A DNA stretch of 64,000 bases, taken from IMG/VR virus record IMGVR_UViG_3300033273_000833, positions 128,001 to 192,000 of that record; one strand, 5' to 3'. The position numbers were made by a program, and so were the translations under genes. The stretch is from a virus (lineage: Duplodnaviria; Caudoviricetes). The notes below the pieces were generated by a model. The model worked only from the letters and a program-made list of their open reading frames with translations, was not told the origin of the DNA and made no database searches. How positions within the stretch are numbered: position 1 is the stretch's first letter; every line of letters begins with the position of its first letter. This document shows positions 32,860 through 43,636 of this stretch, piece by piece.

Positions 32860-34724
32860 GCTGGGAAACAGGAAATCAACCACATAATCCATCCAAAGAG
32901 GATATTAATAAACTACTTTTAGATAAAGGTTTTATTGAAGAAAAAGAAGCGAAGATATTATTATATCAATTTTTACGCGAAAACATTACATTCACAACTA
33001 ATTTATTATCGGGGGTTGATTTATTCCCATTTCAACATATGGCAATCAAAGGTATGTTCGAAACTGATTATTTCCTGGGTATTTGGAGTCGAGGTATGTC
33101 CAAATCTTTTACCACGGGAATTTATGCTTTTCTGGACGCCATACTTAATCAGGGCGTAGAAATAGGAATTCTTGCAGCTTCATTTAGACAGTCCAAACAA
33201 ATATTTAAAAAAATTGAAGATATCGCTAACAAGCCTCAGGCAAAAATGCTCGCAGGATGTATAACCAAAAAAAGTAAAAGTAACGATGAATGGTTGATGG
33301 AGATAGGGAGAAGTAGGATTAGGGCTCTACCTTTAGGTGATGGTTCTAAGCTTCGTGGTTTCAGGTTTCATAGAATTATTATTGACGAAATGTTATTGAT
33401 GCCCGAAAGAGTATATAATGAGGTTATTGTACCGTTCCTCTCTGTCGTAGAAAATCCCACTCAGAGGGAAGAGCTCTATAATCTCGAAACAAACCTGATA
33501 GAAAAAGGGCAAATGACTGAAGAAGAGCGGTATAGATGGCCTAATAATAAATTAATAATGCTGTCATCTGCTAGTTATAAATTCGAATATTTATATAAAT
33601 TATATTCTAATTTCGAAGATTTGATATTAAATCATGTTGATCATAAAGATGGTTCTAACGCTAGAAGATCTATTATGCATTTTAGTTATGATTGTGCTCC
33701 TAAGCAATTGTATGATGTGAATTTGATTAATCAATCTAAGGCTACAATGAGTCAATCTCAGTTCGATAGAGAGTTTAATGCTATATTTACAGATGATAGC
33801 AGTGGATATTTCAAGACTTCTAGAATGGCGGAATGTACAATAAAGGATGGAGAAGGGCAGTGCGTGGAAATAGCGGGCGAGCCTGACGCTAAATATATTT
33901 TAGCTATAGACCCCAGCTGGGCAGAGAGCGAAAGTTCTGATGACTTTGCAATGCATGTACTTAAATTAAATGATGAAAAGCGAAATGCTACTGTAGTTCA
34001 TAGCTATGCAATGTCTGGGACTCGACTGCAGGATCATATGTTTTATTTTAAATACCTTATAGAAAAATTTAATATTGTTAGTATTGTAGCTGACTATATG
34101 GGAGGTGTGCAATTTATTAACGCCGTTAATGAAAGCTCTATGTTTAAAAAGGATAATATTAATTTTAAACAGATAGATGTTAACTTTGATGACTTGAATG
34201 ACTATCAAAATGTACTAAAGGGCGTTAAACAACAATACAATCAGCAAGATAGAAGAATTTGCTTTCTGAGAAAACCTAGTTCTGATTGGATTCGTAGAGC
34301 TAATGAATCATTGCAGGCTAACTTCGATCATAAAAGAATATGGTTTGCCTCTAGAGCAATTGATGAAGATTATGCCATGCAGAGAAGAAAAAAGATTCCT
34401 ATAACTAAGTTAAAGTTCTTAAAAAATGAAGAAAAAAATCAATCCCCTCAATCGAAAATGATTGATTTGATTGAGCATCAATATGATTTAATGAATTTAA
34501 CTAAATCTGAGTGTGCTCTTATCCAGATTAAAACATCCCCTCAGGGAACTCAAACATTTGATTTGCCCGATAACTTAAAAAGACAGACTGGTCCAGAGAA
34601 GACTAGAAAAGACTCCTATTCTGCACTTGTGCTGGGAAATTGGATGGTTTCTCTGTACTACGAATTCATGCATGTCGATTTAGCTCCAAAATATTTAGAC
34701 TTTACGCCAATGTTTATAAAATAA
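32856..34724 (+). CDS. terL: Terminase large subunit
   Basis: SRGMSKS Walker A, RIIIDE Walker B, LAIDP and KDSYSAL RNase H acidic motifs. Confidence 0.92.
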   Translation: MSWETGNQPHNPSKEDINKLLLDKGFIEEKEAKILLYQFLRENITFTTNLLSGVDLFPFQHMAIKGMFETDYFLGIWSRGMSKSFTTGIYAFLDAILNQGVEIGILAASFRQSKQIFKKIEDIANKPQAKMLAGCITKKSKSNDEWLMEIGRSRIRALPLGDGSKLRGFRFHRIIIDEMLLMPERVYNEVIVPFLSVVENPTQREELYNLETNLIEKGQMTEEERYRWPNNKLIMLSSASYKFEYLYKLYSNFEDLILNHVDHKDGSNARRSIMHFSYDCAPKQLYDVNLINQSKATMSQSQFDREFNAIFTDDSSGYFKTSRMAECTIKDGEGQCVEIAGEPDAKYILAIDPSWAESESSDDFAMHVLKLNDEKRNATVVHSYAMSGTRLQDHMFYFKYLIEKFNIVSIVADYMGGVQFINAVNESSMFKKDNINFKQIDVNFDDLNDYQNVLKGVKQQYNQQDRRICFLRKPSSDWIRRANESLQANFDHKRIWFASRAIDEDYAMQRRKKIPITKLKFLKNEEKNQSPQSKMIDLIEHQYDLMNLTKSECALIQIKTSPQGTQTFDLPDNLKRQTGPEKTRKDSYSALVLGNWMVSLYYEFMHVDLAPKYLDFTPMFIK

Positions 34725-34791
34725 AAGTTAAAAGTAACTTTAAAAGTAACTTTTTTTACTTATTATAATATATAGGTGTAATTCTCGACAA

Positions 34792-36756
34792 ATGGCTAAA
34801 AGAAAATATAATAAGAAATCTGAATACTGGAAAAAGTTTGATAAAAGTCAACCTTTAGACAATGTTATGATCTCAAACTCTGCGCAGTGGTCGCCAGAGT
34901 TATCTGGAGAAGGTTTTTATGAATCGATAGCAAGTCAATATACTCGATCAGGGAAAGTTGACACTCAGACAAGAAAGAATCGAGCAGCATTAGGCACTAA
35001 AGCTTCGAAATACGAAAACATTCATAAGGGTTTATTGCCTTATCACTTTGGTGCAGATGGCATACATATCAGAGAGGCTATTGAGTTATGTCAAAAGGCG
35101 TATTGCAATATATCGATATTCAGAAATGCTATCGACATTATGGCTGAATTTGCAAACGCTGAAATTTTACTAGAAGGTGGTAGCGAGGTGGCAAGAAACT
35201 TTATACAGAAATGGTTTGATAGAGTCAATTTATGGTTTTTAAAAGATCAATTTTTTAGAGAATATTATAGATCTGGTAATGTTTTTTTATATACGTTAGA
35301 GGGAAAAATAAATTTAAATGATTTAAGGAAATCTTATCGTTCAGAAATTTTAGGATTAAAGGGTAAGATTCCATTGAGATACATTATATTAAATCCATAT
35401 GATATTGTTAGGCGTCACAGCTCTTCTTTTTCCGATTCTCTTTATGAGAAAATATTGAGTGAATATGAAATTGAAAGACTAAAGACTCCAAAAAATGATC
35501 TAGATAAACAAATATTTGAATCGTTATCTCCAGATGCAAAAAAGAAGGTTACTGATAATGCTTATTTGAGGGATGGGGTAAAAGTCCCGCTTGATCCTAA
35601 ATATCTTAGATATTGCTTTTATAAAAAGCAAGACTACGAGCCGTTTGCAATTCCTTTTGGTTTCCCTGTTTTAGATGACATTAATTTTAAGCTTGAGTTA
35701 AAAAAAATTGACCAAGCAATTACGAGAACCATCGAAAATGTAATTTTACTTATCACCATGGGCGCTGAACCAGACAAGGGAGGGGTGAATCCAGCAAACA
35801 TGGTCGCAATGCAAAAACTATTCCAGAACGAGAGCGTTGGTAGAGTTTTAGTAAGCGATTATACTACTAAAGCTCAGTTTGTTATTCCTGAAATTAATAA
35901 AGTTTTAGGCGCCGAAAAGTACGCAATAGTCAATCAAGATATTAAAGAAGGATTACAAAACATAATCGTTGGTCAAGAAAAATTTTCAAATACAGCTGTT
36001 AAGGCAGAGATATTTTTAGAGAGATTAAAAGAATCTCGTAATGCATTTTTAAAGCAGTTCTTGCAGCCAGAAATTAATCAAATTTGCAAAAACCTGGGAA
36101 TGAAGTCAATCCCAAAAGCGAAATTTGAAGAAGTAAATGTTAAAGACGAAACTCAACTACAAAGAGTGACTACTAGGCTTATGGAAATCGGTATACTTAC
36201 TCCGCAACAAGGTGTTGATGTCATAAAAACTGGAGTGTTTCCAGAATCGAAAGAAATTGCTCCTGCTCAAGAAAAATTTGTAGAAGAAAGAGAGATGGGG
36301 TACTACAACCCATTAGTTGGAGGAGTGCCAATGATTGAAGGAGAAGGTGCGTCTGAAACCCCTAAATCTGCTGGTAGACCAACAGGCACAAGTGGGATAC
36401 CAAAGGAGTCTACGTCTAAAGAAACATATGGCAGAACAGATATACAGAATGTAGTTTACGCAACAGAACAATTTTCTGAAGAAGCGAAAAAGATATTAAA
36501 AACGCACAAAAAAATTAAAAGATTTAACAAGTCTCATCAAAAACTTTTAAGCGAATTATGTTCTAAAATTATAGTATCTTCAGAAACTGATAATTGGCAT
36601 AAAGATTTTGAGGCTATCGTAAAAGATTCGGAAAAAATCATGGATCTAGACACCCTGCCTGGAATTAATGAAATATGTGCCGAGCACCAAATCGAAGAAT
36701 ATCCAGCTGCACTTCTATATCATAGCAAAAAAATTAAAAACGAAAAATCTGTGTAA
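34792..36756 (+). CDS. Portal protein
   Basis: Follows terL; IFRNAIDIMAEF, FFREYYRSGNVF; 654 aa. Confidence 0.85.
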   Translation: MAKRKYNKKSEYWKKFDKSQPLDNVMISNSAQWSPELSGEGFYESIASQYTRSGKVDTQTRKNRAALGTKASKYENIHKGLLPYHFGADGIHIREAIELCQKAYCNISIFRNAIDIMAEFANAEILLEGGSEVARNFIQKWFDRVNLWFLKDQFFREYYRSGNVFLYTLEGKINLNDLRKSYRSEILGLKGKIPLRYIILNPYDIVRRHSSSFSDSLYEKILSEYEIERLKTPKNDLDKQIFESLSPDAKKKVTDNAYLRDGVKVPLDPKYLRYCFYKKQDYEPFAIPFGFPVLDDINFKLELKKIDQAITRTIENVILLITMGAEPDKGGVNPANMVAMQKLFQNESVGRVLVSDYTTKAQFVIPEINKVLGAEKYAIVNQDIKEGLQNIIVGQEKFSNTAVKAEIFLERLKESRNAFLKQFLQPEINQICKNLGMKSIPKAKFEEVNVKDETQLQRVTTRLMEIGILTPQQGVDVIKTGVFPESKEIAPAQEKFVEEREMGYYNPLVGGVPMIEGEGASETPKSAGRPTGTSGIPKESTSKETYGRTDIQNVVYATEQFSEEAKKILKTHKKIKRFNKSHQKLLSELCSKIIVSSETDNWHKDFEAIVKDSEKIMDLDTLPGINEICAEHQIEEYPAALLYHSKKIKNEKSV

Positions 36757-36764
36757 TGCTTTGT

Positions 36765-38366
36765 ATGAAGGCTCCCTTTAAATATAAAACAACTTTCTCC
36801 CAGAGTTCTTTGGCTTCTCTGGAGATTGAGTCTGAAGAAGGTATTTCAACTGCATCACTTAAGCCACTTTTACCTCTTATACCACAAGAAGTTAATTTAG
36901 AAAAAAATTTGGACCTATTAGGTGTTGCATTTAACGCTGCGGTAGCAAATAAATTTAATAACAATGGTGATGGGATTGAAACTGCTACTGCAATAGCGAT
37001 TAAAGATTATTTTATACATAAACCAGCTAATTTAGAGCATAACAGAGAAAATATTGTAGGTCATATAGTTAATGCTGGTTTATCTGAATACCAATCTGAG
37101 TCTGGCAATTTATTGAATGAAAAAGAAATTGCTGGAACACATGATGCATTTAATATAGCTTTAGCTGCTGTGGTATATAGAATTGCAAATCCTTCATTTG
37201 CAAAACTGATTGAAGATAGTGGAGATGAAGATTCAGATAATTATCAAGTTGTATCGGCTAGTTGGGAGCTAGGCTTTAATAAATACTATATTGCGTTAGG
37301 AAGTGATGACCTAAAAGAAGCGGAATTGGTTACTGATGAAAAACAAATAAAAGAACTGTCTCAATATTTAATTACCCAAGGAGGCTCAGGCAAAACTGAA
37401 GATGGTGTCAGAGTAAGTCGCTTAGTTATTGGTGATGTATATCCTCTTGGGATAGGCTTTACTGCTAAGCCAGCAGCTGATGTAAAAGGGGTAATATCTT
37501 ACGAAGATGAAGAACCTGAAAGTTCTGCAACTTCTTACTCAAATATAGAAAAAATTAAAATTAATAAGACCTTTTTAAACCCTTTTTTAGAAAAAGAATA
37601 TAAAAAAATTTCCCACAATAACAAAAAAGGGGTAATCTTACAAGATAACACAAAATCTAATATTATGGAATCACAAGAATTAATTCAAGAATTCAAATCT
37701 GCATTAGCCGAACATAAGTTCGATAAAGAAGCAGTAGCTTCCATGACAGAAACATTCACTCAAGCTATCAAGCAAAAAGATGAAGAGTATTTGTCAAGCA
37801 TCGAAGCAGCAAAAAATGCAGAGGCAGAATTATTGAAGCAGCAAGAAGAGCTCAAAGCTTCTGTAGAAAAACTTCAAACCGAGCTTAAGCAAGCTCAGTC
37901 TGCAGTTGAATCTTTAGAAGCTGAGAAGACTCAAGAGCTTATCAAAGCTACCTTCAATGAAAGAATGGGTGCCCTTGATTCTGAGTACAATCTCGAAGAC
38001 GAAGATAAAAAGATTGTTGCTTCGGAATTAAATGAACTTGACTTATCTGCTGAATCATTTGCTGAGTATAAAGCTAAGTTCGAGCAAGTGTGGCAACACA
38101 AGAACAAATCTTTCATCGAAGCTCAAGAGAAAGCTTTCGAGGAAAAATTAAACGAAGCCGTTGAAGCAAAATTAAAAGAAATTCAAACTAGCGAAGCATC
38201 TGAAGTTGAAGCAACTGAAGAAGTTACAACAGAAGAAGTTCTTGATAATGCTGAAGCTTCTAACGTAGAAATTTCAAATTCAAGCGAAACATTATCTGAA
38301 GAGCCTGAATCTCTTACTGAGAGATTTCAAAAAGCTTTCAAAGATAACGTAATCGTAAAATACTAA
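36765..38366 (+). CDS. Prohead protease fused to coiled-coil scaffold
   Basis: KPANLEH...VGHI, SASWELGF; acidic coiled-coil C-terminal half; between portal and capsid genes. Confidence 0.8.
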   Translation: MKAPFKYKTTFSQSSLASLEIESEEGISTASLKPLLPLIPQEVNLEKNLDLLGVAFNAAVANKFNNNGDGIETATAIAIKDYFIHKPANLEHNRENIVGHIVNAGLSEYQSESGNLLNEKEIAGTHDAFNIALAAVVYRIANPSFAKLIEDSGDEDSDNYQVVSASWELGFNKYYIALGSDDLKEAELVTDEKQIKELSQYLITQGGSGKTEDGVRVSRLVIGDVYPLGIGFTAKPAADVKGVISYEDEEPESSATSYSNIEKIKINKTFLNPFLEKEYKKISHNNKKGVILQDNTKSNIMESQELIQEFKSALAEHKFDKEAVASMTETFTQAIKQKDEEYLSSIEAAKNAEAELLKQQEELKASVEKLQTELKQAQSAVESLEAEKTQELIKATFNERMGALDSEYNLEDEDKKIVASELNELDLSAESFAEYKAKFEQVWQHKNKSFIEAQEKAFEEKLNEAVEAKLKEIQTSEASEVEATEEVTTEEVLDNAEASNVEISNSSETLSEEPESLTERFQKAFKDNVIVKY

Positions 38367-38386
38367 TTTAATAAAGGAAATCAAAA

Positions 38387-39013
38387 ATGGGACTAAGAAT
38401 ATTACCATTCAGACAGTACGACGAAAATGATGTTGTTAATCTTTTTGCCGCTAAAAGCGGTCAAGAGGTGAATCAACTCGATGATGCCCTTACTGGAGCA
38501 GCAGTACATGGCGGAGCTTTCGTTCAAGTTGAAGTCGGAGACCTTAATAATGATCCAATTGAATATGGAGCTGATTCCTACTTGGGCAAGACAGATTATC
38601 CCCATATTGGCGTCAATCAATATCCAACTGTTCCTCATAAGGTCAAACTAGCAGATGGCAGCGCAAAGGCGCTCGGCATAACGCTAAATCAAGTAGCTAA
38701 GTTTGATGAGAATGGAGAAAAGCTTCTCTATTATCCTCAAAAAGCTTTAGAAAATCACGCAGTGCTTCCTGGTCAAGCAGTACCTGTAGCTCGTAAGGGT
38801 ATATTCACTCTTCACGATTCTGCATTTGATATTGCTGACTGGGCTACAGACGCAGCTATCGGTCACACCCTTAAGGTAACTGCTGATGGAAAAGTTTCTG
38901 GACAAGCAGGAGCAGATGTAAGCGGAGTAGGAACTATTCTTGCTACTGGATCTCGCTCAGAGCCTGTCGGATCTCTAAGCGGAAATTATGCTATTTGCGC
39001 AATTGAATGCTAA
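38387..39013 (+). CDS. Head decoration/capsid-associated protein
   Basis: Position immediately before major capsid gene; strong RBS; ALGITL...AVPVA.KG.F. Confidence 0.65.
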   Translation: MGLRILPFRQYDENDVVNLFAAKSGQEVNQLDDALTGAAVHGGAFVQVEVGDLNNDPIEYGADSYLGKTDYPHIGVNQYPTVPHKVKLADGSAKALGITLNQVAKFDENGEKLLYYPQKALENHAVLPGQAVPVARKGIFTLHDSAFDIADWATDAAIGHTLKVTADGKVSGQAGADVSGVGTILATGSRSEPVGSLSGNYAICAIEC

Positions 39014-39034
39014 ACAAAAGGAGAAATTAAGAAA

Positions 39035-40147
39035 ATGAATATTACATTAAAAAGAACAGAAGAGCAAGTTGAACTCGTAAAAGCAATGGCTTCGAAAAAT
39101 CGCGAAACCGCATATGAGGCTCAAGCGGCTCTAGCAGCTTTCTTGGCTCCAGTTTTGGCAGAAGTGATTAACAATGCTCCTACATTGAGCAACTTGTTCC
39201 AAACCTTGTCTTTCGATGCAGACGATAATCCAAGTATTCCATTGGATCTTTACTATGACGTAGAGGACGAAGATTACATTCAGGTTTACAGTCAGTCTGT
39301 ACCAGGTGGTCTTCCTACCAGCCAAGTACAACCTAGCTTCAGCGAAATGAAGGTTACTACCTACACTCTTGACAGCGCAGTATCTTTCGATAAGAAATAT
39401 GCAGCAAAATCTCGCCTTGATGTAGTTGGTAAAACCTTTACTCGTGTCGCTCAAGAGCTTTTGCTTAAACAAGAGCGTACTTCGGCTAATTTGATTATGG
39501 GAGCTTTGAAAAAAGCTAGTACCAATGGTCAATCTCATGTTATTGATTGTTCTGTAACCAGCAGAGTTATGCTTGATGATTTTAATCGTCTTATGACTCT
39601 TGCTAAAAGAATCAATACTTCTTATAGTGGCGGAACTCCAACTGATCGCAGAAGTGGGGTCACAGACCTTATTTGTTCTCCAGAAGTAGTACAAGAGCTT
39701 CGCTCCTTGGCCTACAATCCAGTGAACACAAAAAGCGCTTCTGGAGCTTCTGCGCAAGCAGGTAATCCTCCGATTGCTGCTACTGACAACATGCGTGAAA
39801 GCATTTATAACAATGCTGGAATTCCTGAGTTCTACGGCGTTTCCATTATGGAAATCAATGAGCTTGGCGTTGGTCAAAAATACAACAAGATTTATAGCAC
39901 AATTTCTGGATCTGCTTTGGGTGGTACAGAAGAGCTTATTCTTGGTCTTGATCGTAGTCGCGATTCTCTCATGAGAGTTCTTTCTCGCGATTCCGAGAGC
40001 GGTTCTGAAATGAGCCTTGTAGCAGACGATCAATACAGCGTTCGTCAGCAAAAAATCGGATACTATGGATCTCTTGAAGAAGGACGCGTTATCCTTGATG
40101 ATCGCGCTCTTTATGGATTGATAGCTGATAACCTCAGCGGAATTTAA
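39035..40147 (+). CDS. Major capsid protein
   Basis: 370 aa, strongest RBS and optimised codons, followed by strong terminator. Confidence 0.85.
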   Translation: MNITLKRTEEQVELVKAMASKNRETAYEAQAALAAFLAPVLAEVINNAPTLSNLFQTLSFDADDNPSIPLDLYYDVEDEDYIQVYSQSVPGGLPTSQVQPSFSEMKVTTYTLDSAVSFDKKYAAKSRLDVVGKTFTRVAQELLLKQERTSANLIMGALKKASTNGQSHVIDCSVTSRVMLDDFNRLMTLAKRINTSYSGGTPTDRRSGVTDLICSPEVVQELRSLAYNPVNTKSASGASAQAGNPPIAATDNMRESIYNNAGIPEFYGVSIMEINELGVGQKYNKIYSTISGSALGGTEELILGLDRSRDSLMRVLSRDSESGSEMSLVADDQYSVRQQKIGYYGSLEEGRVILDDRALYGLIADNLSGI

Positions 40148-40171
40148 TTCCCCAAAACTTAACCCTTAACC

Positions 40172-40199
40172 AAAAAAGCTCGCTACGGCGAGCTTTTTT
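40172..40199 (+). terminator. Rho-independent (bidirectional) terminator after capsid gene
   Basis: AAAAAAGCTCGC-TACG-GCGAGCTTTTTT. Confidence 0.95.
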
Positions 40200-40262
40200 G
40201 TTTTCTATTGAGCTTGAAAAAAGTGTATATTCCTATTATAATACAAAGGAAAGGTAAAAGGT

Positions 40263-40700
40263 ATGAAAAAAACAAACACAAAGAAGAGTTCGTCAAAAAC
40301 TCAATCAAAAGCTTCGGGCCAACAGAAACCAAAGAAAAACCTAATTGAAGAATTGGCGTCAATGGAGCAAACTACTGGAAAAGAGTACATTCAGAAAACA
40401 AAAGAGTTAGAGGATATTCTCGGAGTAAAAGAAGTAAATCCGTTTAAGACTGCCAACGCTAATGTATTTCAAGAAAATTTATCAGAAATGACTTTGGTGG
40501 ATATGCAGTCACTAGCCGTAAGGGTTGGTGTTATGCCGTCTTCAAACCGAACAAATCTCAAAAAAAGATTAATGAAGGAATTTGAGCATAGAAACAAATC
40601 CAGAACTATTATCGGAGCTGCTGACTCTAGGCAAGTTGGATTAAACACTAATAGTCCAGATTTCGAGGAAGTTTCAAAAATTTTAAAAGAGGGTATGTAA
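40263..40700 (+). CDS. Hypothetical head-associated protein
   Basis: Position after capsid gene; RBS. Confidence 0.75.
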   Translation: MKKTNTKKSSSKTQSKASGQQKPKKNLIEELASMEQTTGKEYIQKTKELEDILGVKEVNPFKTANANVFQENLSEMTLVDMQSLAVRVGVMPSSNRTNLKKRLMKEFEHRNKSRTIIGAADSRQVGLNTNSPDFEEVSKILKEGM

Positions 40701-41165
40701 TTGAGTAATATTAGTGGTTTAGCGCAAGAAATATTTGACTATGAGTTTGATGGAGACTCTGAGGTAATTACTTTGTCTTCAATTTCTGGCTGGCTAGATT
40801 CACATATAGGAAATTTAAACACAATGATCCACACATCGTTTGATGTGGTCAGTGGTCAAGTAGAACCTCAGGCTAATTTTAAAAATGAAGAACAGGCTAT
40901 ATACCGAGCCATGTACTTAAAAAACTTTAATTCAGCAATGTCTCGTAAAACTCTCCAGGGAGCCACCAAATCGAGCGATTTTATACAGATACGAGATTCT
41001 GATGGTTCAATGATTGTAAGGCCTAATAAGAACACAGCAGCAGGCGCATATCGATCTTTAGCTAATGGCTACGACCAGGAATTAAAAGAATTAGTATCTT
41101 CATATTTGTCGTTTGAAAGCAAACCTATACAGGTAGCAGGAAATGACGCTCCATCTAGTCAATAA
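40701..41165 (+). CDS. Probable head completion/neck protein
   Basis: Position and size (154 aa). Confidence 0.5.
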   Translation: MSNISGLAQEIFDYEFDGDSEVITLSSISGWLDSHIGNLNTMIHTSFDVVSGQVEPQANFKNEEQAIYRAMYLKNFNSAMSRKTLQGATKSSDFIQIRDSDGSMIVRPNKNTAAGAYRSLANGYDQELKELVSSYLSFESKPIQVAGNDAPSSQ

Positions 41166-41179
41166 GTGTAATTTAGAAT

Positions 41180-42643
41180 GTGGATAGAACATTCAATACT
41201 AGCCTAGGAGGAATCACAAAGAATTGGCCACAAAGAAATGGTCAATACTTAGCACCTGATTATGGTTACTCTGCGAAATACGAAGGAGCTATAAGAATGT
41301 TTAGTTATGGTGATGGCTATTACGCTATATCACCAAAAGGCATTAATAATATTACTTTCAGTCTATCTTTAAACTATAGTAATTTACATGATAACGAAGC
41401 AAAGCAATTAATTGATTTTTTAGAAACATCTAAAGGTCTTAATTTTCCTTTCACACCTCCTGATCCATTTTGTAAAAGAAATATATTTAGATGTCAGGGA
41501 TTTTCTCATTCTTTTAATCAGGATAATTTAAATAATATATCAGTTAACCTAATCACAAACAGGCAGAGTTCGTTGAATATAGAGTCTGCTATACCTGGCT
41601 CCTCAGAAACGTTATTAAACGCTCCTCGAGCTACAGACGCGCATACTATGTATTTATCAATTAATTCTGATAATGAGTCGAACTTTTCGGCATCAAATAG
41701 CGCACAACATTATAAGAATTACTCTGACTATTGTAAAATAGGCTATAAGGAATACTTGAGAAGTATATTCACTTTTGAAGAAATGATGAAGATTCCAAAT
41801 TATGATTTCAATGATGGTATGTTTAGCTTTCCCTGGCATAAAATGGGCTTTATAGAGAGAAGCGTTAAAGATAGTTATGGATGGCCTGATAGTACTCATG
41901 ATGTTAGGTCGATACATGCTGGTTATTATGATCCTCCTAGCTCAACTAACAACTCTAAGCCTTTTGAAATTAGAGTTGTTCCATGGACGCAACCTTTTGG
42001 GTATAACACAACTGATGACACTCTTTATGCCACCACAACAAGTACCGTCAATGCATTGAAGTATCTTTCGCAGTGGGCTTACCCTAAAGATATAGTGGTG
42101 TTTAAGCCTGATTATAGCGAACAGAGCTTCGACAAATATTATTATTGCAAGAAAAGCCATTTCGCAAGACCAACAAGCAGTGCTTTTACTTCTTGGTTAG
42201 AGGGAAACAATTTAGATACTGGCAGTGGTACATGGGTGGATGATCACAGAATTCCAGGCAGTACCGATGAAAGACATTGGACTAAAAACTTTTTCTGGGA
42301 ACCAAGTTATGCTTCATCTATTAGTCAACAGTCAAGAATATTAAGTAAGGTTTATGATAATGATAAAGTTGAAGTACTATCTGACGGAAGAAATACTAAT
42401 CCTTTAGTGTTTGATGTAAAATTTAATAATCGAGATGATAGGGAGACTTATGCAATATTGCATTTTCTTGAAAATAGAAAAGGGTATGTAAGATTTAAAT
42501 GGGATTCTGTTCCTGAAATGTATAACACTACAGATAGATATTTTATATGCAATAATTGGAGCTTTTCAAAACGATATATAGATAACAACTCTATTACAGC
42601 TGTTTTTATTGAAGATAGTTTAGGTTCGGACTTAGGATATTAA
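41180..42643 (+). CDS. Minor tail protein with two lambda gpM-like domains
   Basis: YGDGY...GINN...L.Y.N....EA..L..FLE..KG..F.FTPP; second copy at C-terminus (DGRN...F.NRDD.E..AILHFLE.RKG..F.W). Confidence 0.7.
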   Translation: MDRTFNTSLGGITKNWPQRNGQYLAPDYGYSAKYEGAIRMFSYGDGYYAISPKGINNITFSLSLNYSNLHDNEAKQLIDFLETSKGLNFPFTPPDPFCKRNIFRCQGFSHSFNQDNLNNISVNLITNRQSSLNIESAIPGSSETLLNAPRATDAHTMYLSINSDNESNFSASNSAQHYKNYSDYCKIGYKEYLRSIFTFEEMMKIPNYDFNDGMFSFPWHKMGFIERSVKDSYGWPDSTHDVRSIHAGYYDPPSSTNNSKPFEIRVVPWTQPFGYNTTDDTLYATTTSTVNALKYLSQWAYPKDIVVFKPDYSEQSFDKYYYCKKSHFARPTSSAFTSWLEGNNLDTGSGTWVDDHRIPGSTDERHWTKNFFWEPSYASSISQQSRILSKVYDNDKVEVLSDGRNTNPLVFDVKFNNRDDRETYAILHFLENRKGYVRFKWDSVPEMYNTTDRYFICNNWSFSKRYIDNNSITAVFIEDSLGSDLGY

Positions 42644-43611
42644 CGAACAGATTCCTTGATCGTAACAGTGCCCTCCATGAACCCATTTTGGCTGATTGAA
42701 ATTTCTTGAGTATCTATTTGGCCTGCAATTGTTAAAGTTCTAGCGATTGCCTGCCCAGGTTGATTCTCCGCACCAATTGCTTTTAATAAAATGCTGATTG
42801 TTGCATTTCTTTTGTCGTGACCTTTAAAATTTATGACTTTACCAATATCTTCCCCTTGCACTGTGACTTCGCGGTTAATTGCTCCAAGATTTACTTCCAC
42901 AGGATGTCTTTTTCCAACTACATAAATAGGAAGTCTTTCATATGATTCCGTCCAACTAATGGATACTGGATGCTCTACTCCGATAGTGGCTCTATTATAA
43001 CCGACTAATTCAGTTGTTACATGATTTTGGGTGTTTAAAGGAGTTATGGATATATTTGGTTCAGGCGGAGGAACTACAGGGGTAAATGTATCTCCCTCTA
43101 GTTCGTCTGGGTTGGATGTTCCTATATTTCTAAAATCATCATTTACGCTAGCAGTTGAACTGCCATCGCGATCTGAAGTCATTTTGTAAATAGAAAAGTC
43201 CGCGCTAATATTGGCGGGTTTGTATGGCTCCAGCGTTAAATTAAAAGAATTTAAATATGTTTGGCCAAAGTTGAATCCTGCAAGTCTTCCATATAATTCA
43301 TCAGCTTCACCAGTTTTACTAATAATTTGATCGCTGTTTCCATTTAAAAAAAAGTCTGTATTTAAGCTTGCGGTTAAAGGTGCGTCTGGGAAGTATCTAT
43401 GAAGTTGTTGTTTGCCCAGAGTTCGCATTGGGGGGACTGAGGCAGAAATTTGCAATCCAGCACTTGTTGAATAAATGTAGTCATTTGAGCTTGCGTTGAC
43501 TGGGTAGTCTGGGTAATCAGCAGCATTAGCTCTTGAGTGATAACTTGTTCCAACCGCTCCTATATAAAGCGGTGTTTCTGTATATCTGTAGAAACTTCTT
43601 TGGTTGCTCAT
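42640..43611 (-). CDS. Tail tube/hub-like structural protein
   Basis: Homologous to N-terminus of 48452-54463 (ERLPIYVVGKRHPVEV vs REPVYVVGRDRPVEV); late promoter. Confidence 0.55.
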   Translation of the reverse strand: MSNQRSFYRYTETPLYIGAVGTSYHSRANAADYPDYPVNASSNDYIYSTSAGLQISASVPPMRTLGKQQLHRYFPDAPLTASLNTDFFLNGNSDQIISKTGEADELYGRLAGFNFGQTYLNSFNLTLEPYKPANISADFSIYKMTSDRDGSSTASVNDDFRNIGTSNPDELEGDTFTPVVPPPEPNISITPLNTQNHVTTELVGYNRATIGVEHPVSISWTESYERLPIYVVGKRHPVEVNLGAINREVTVQGEDIGKVINFKGHDKRNATISILLKAIGAENQPGQAIARTLTIAGQIDTQEISISQNGFMEGTVTIKESVR

Positions 43612-43636
43612 ATTCTATATTACACTAAATTAAAAG

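Noticed and set aside
39131-40051. 306-aa antisense ORF overlapping the major capsid gene
   Set aside because: Codon-aligned shadow of a strongly biased gene that avoids TTA/CTA/TCA in frame; no promoter or RBS, and the protein looks non-native
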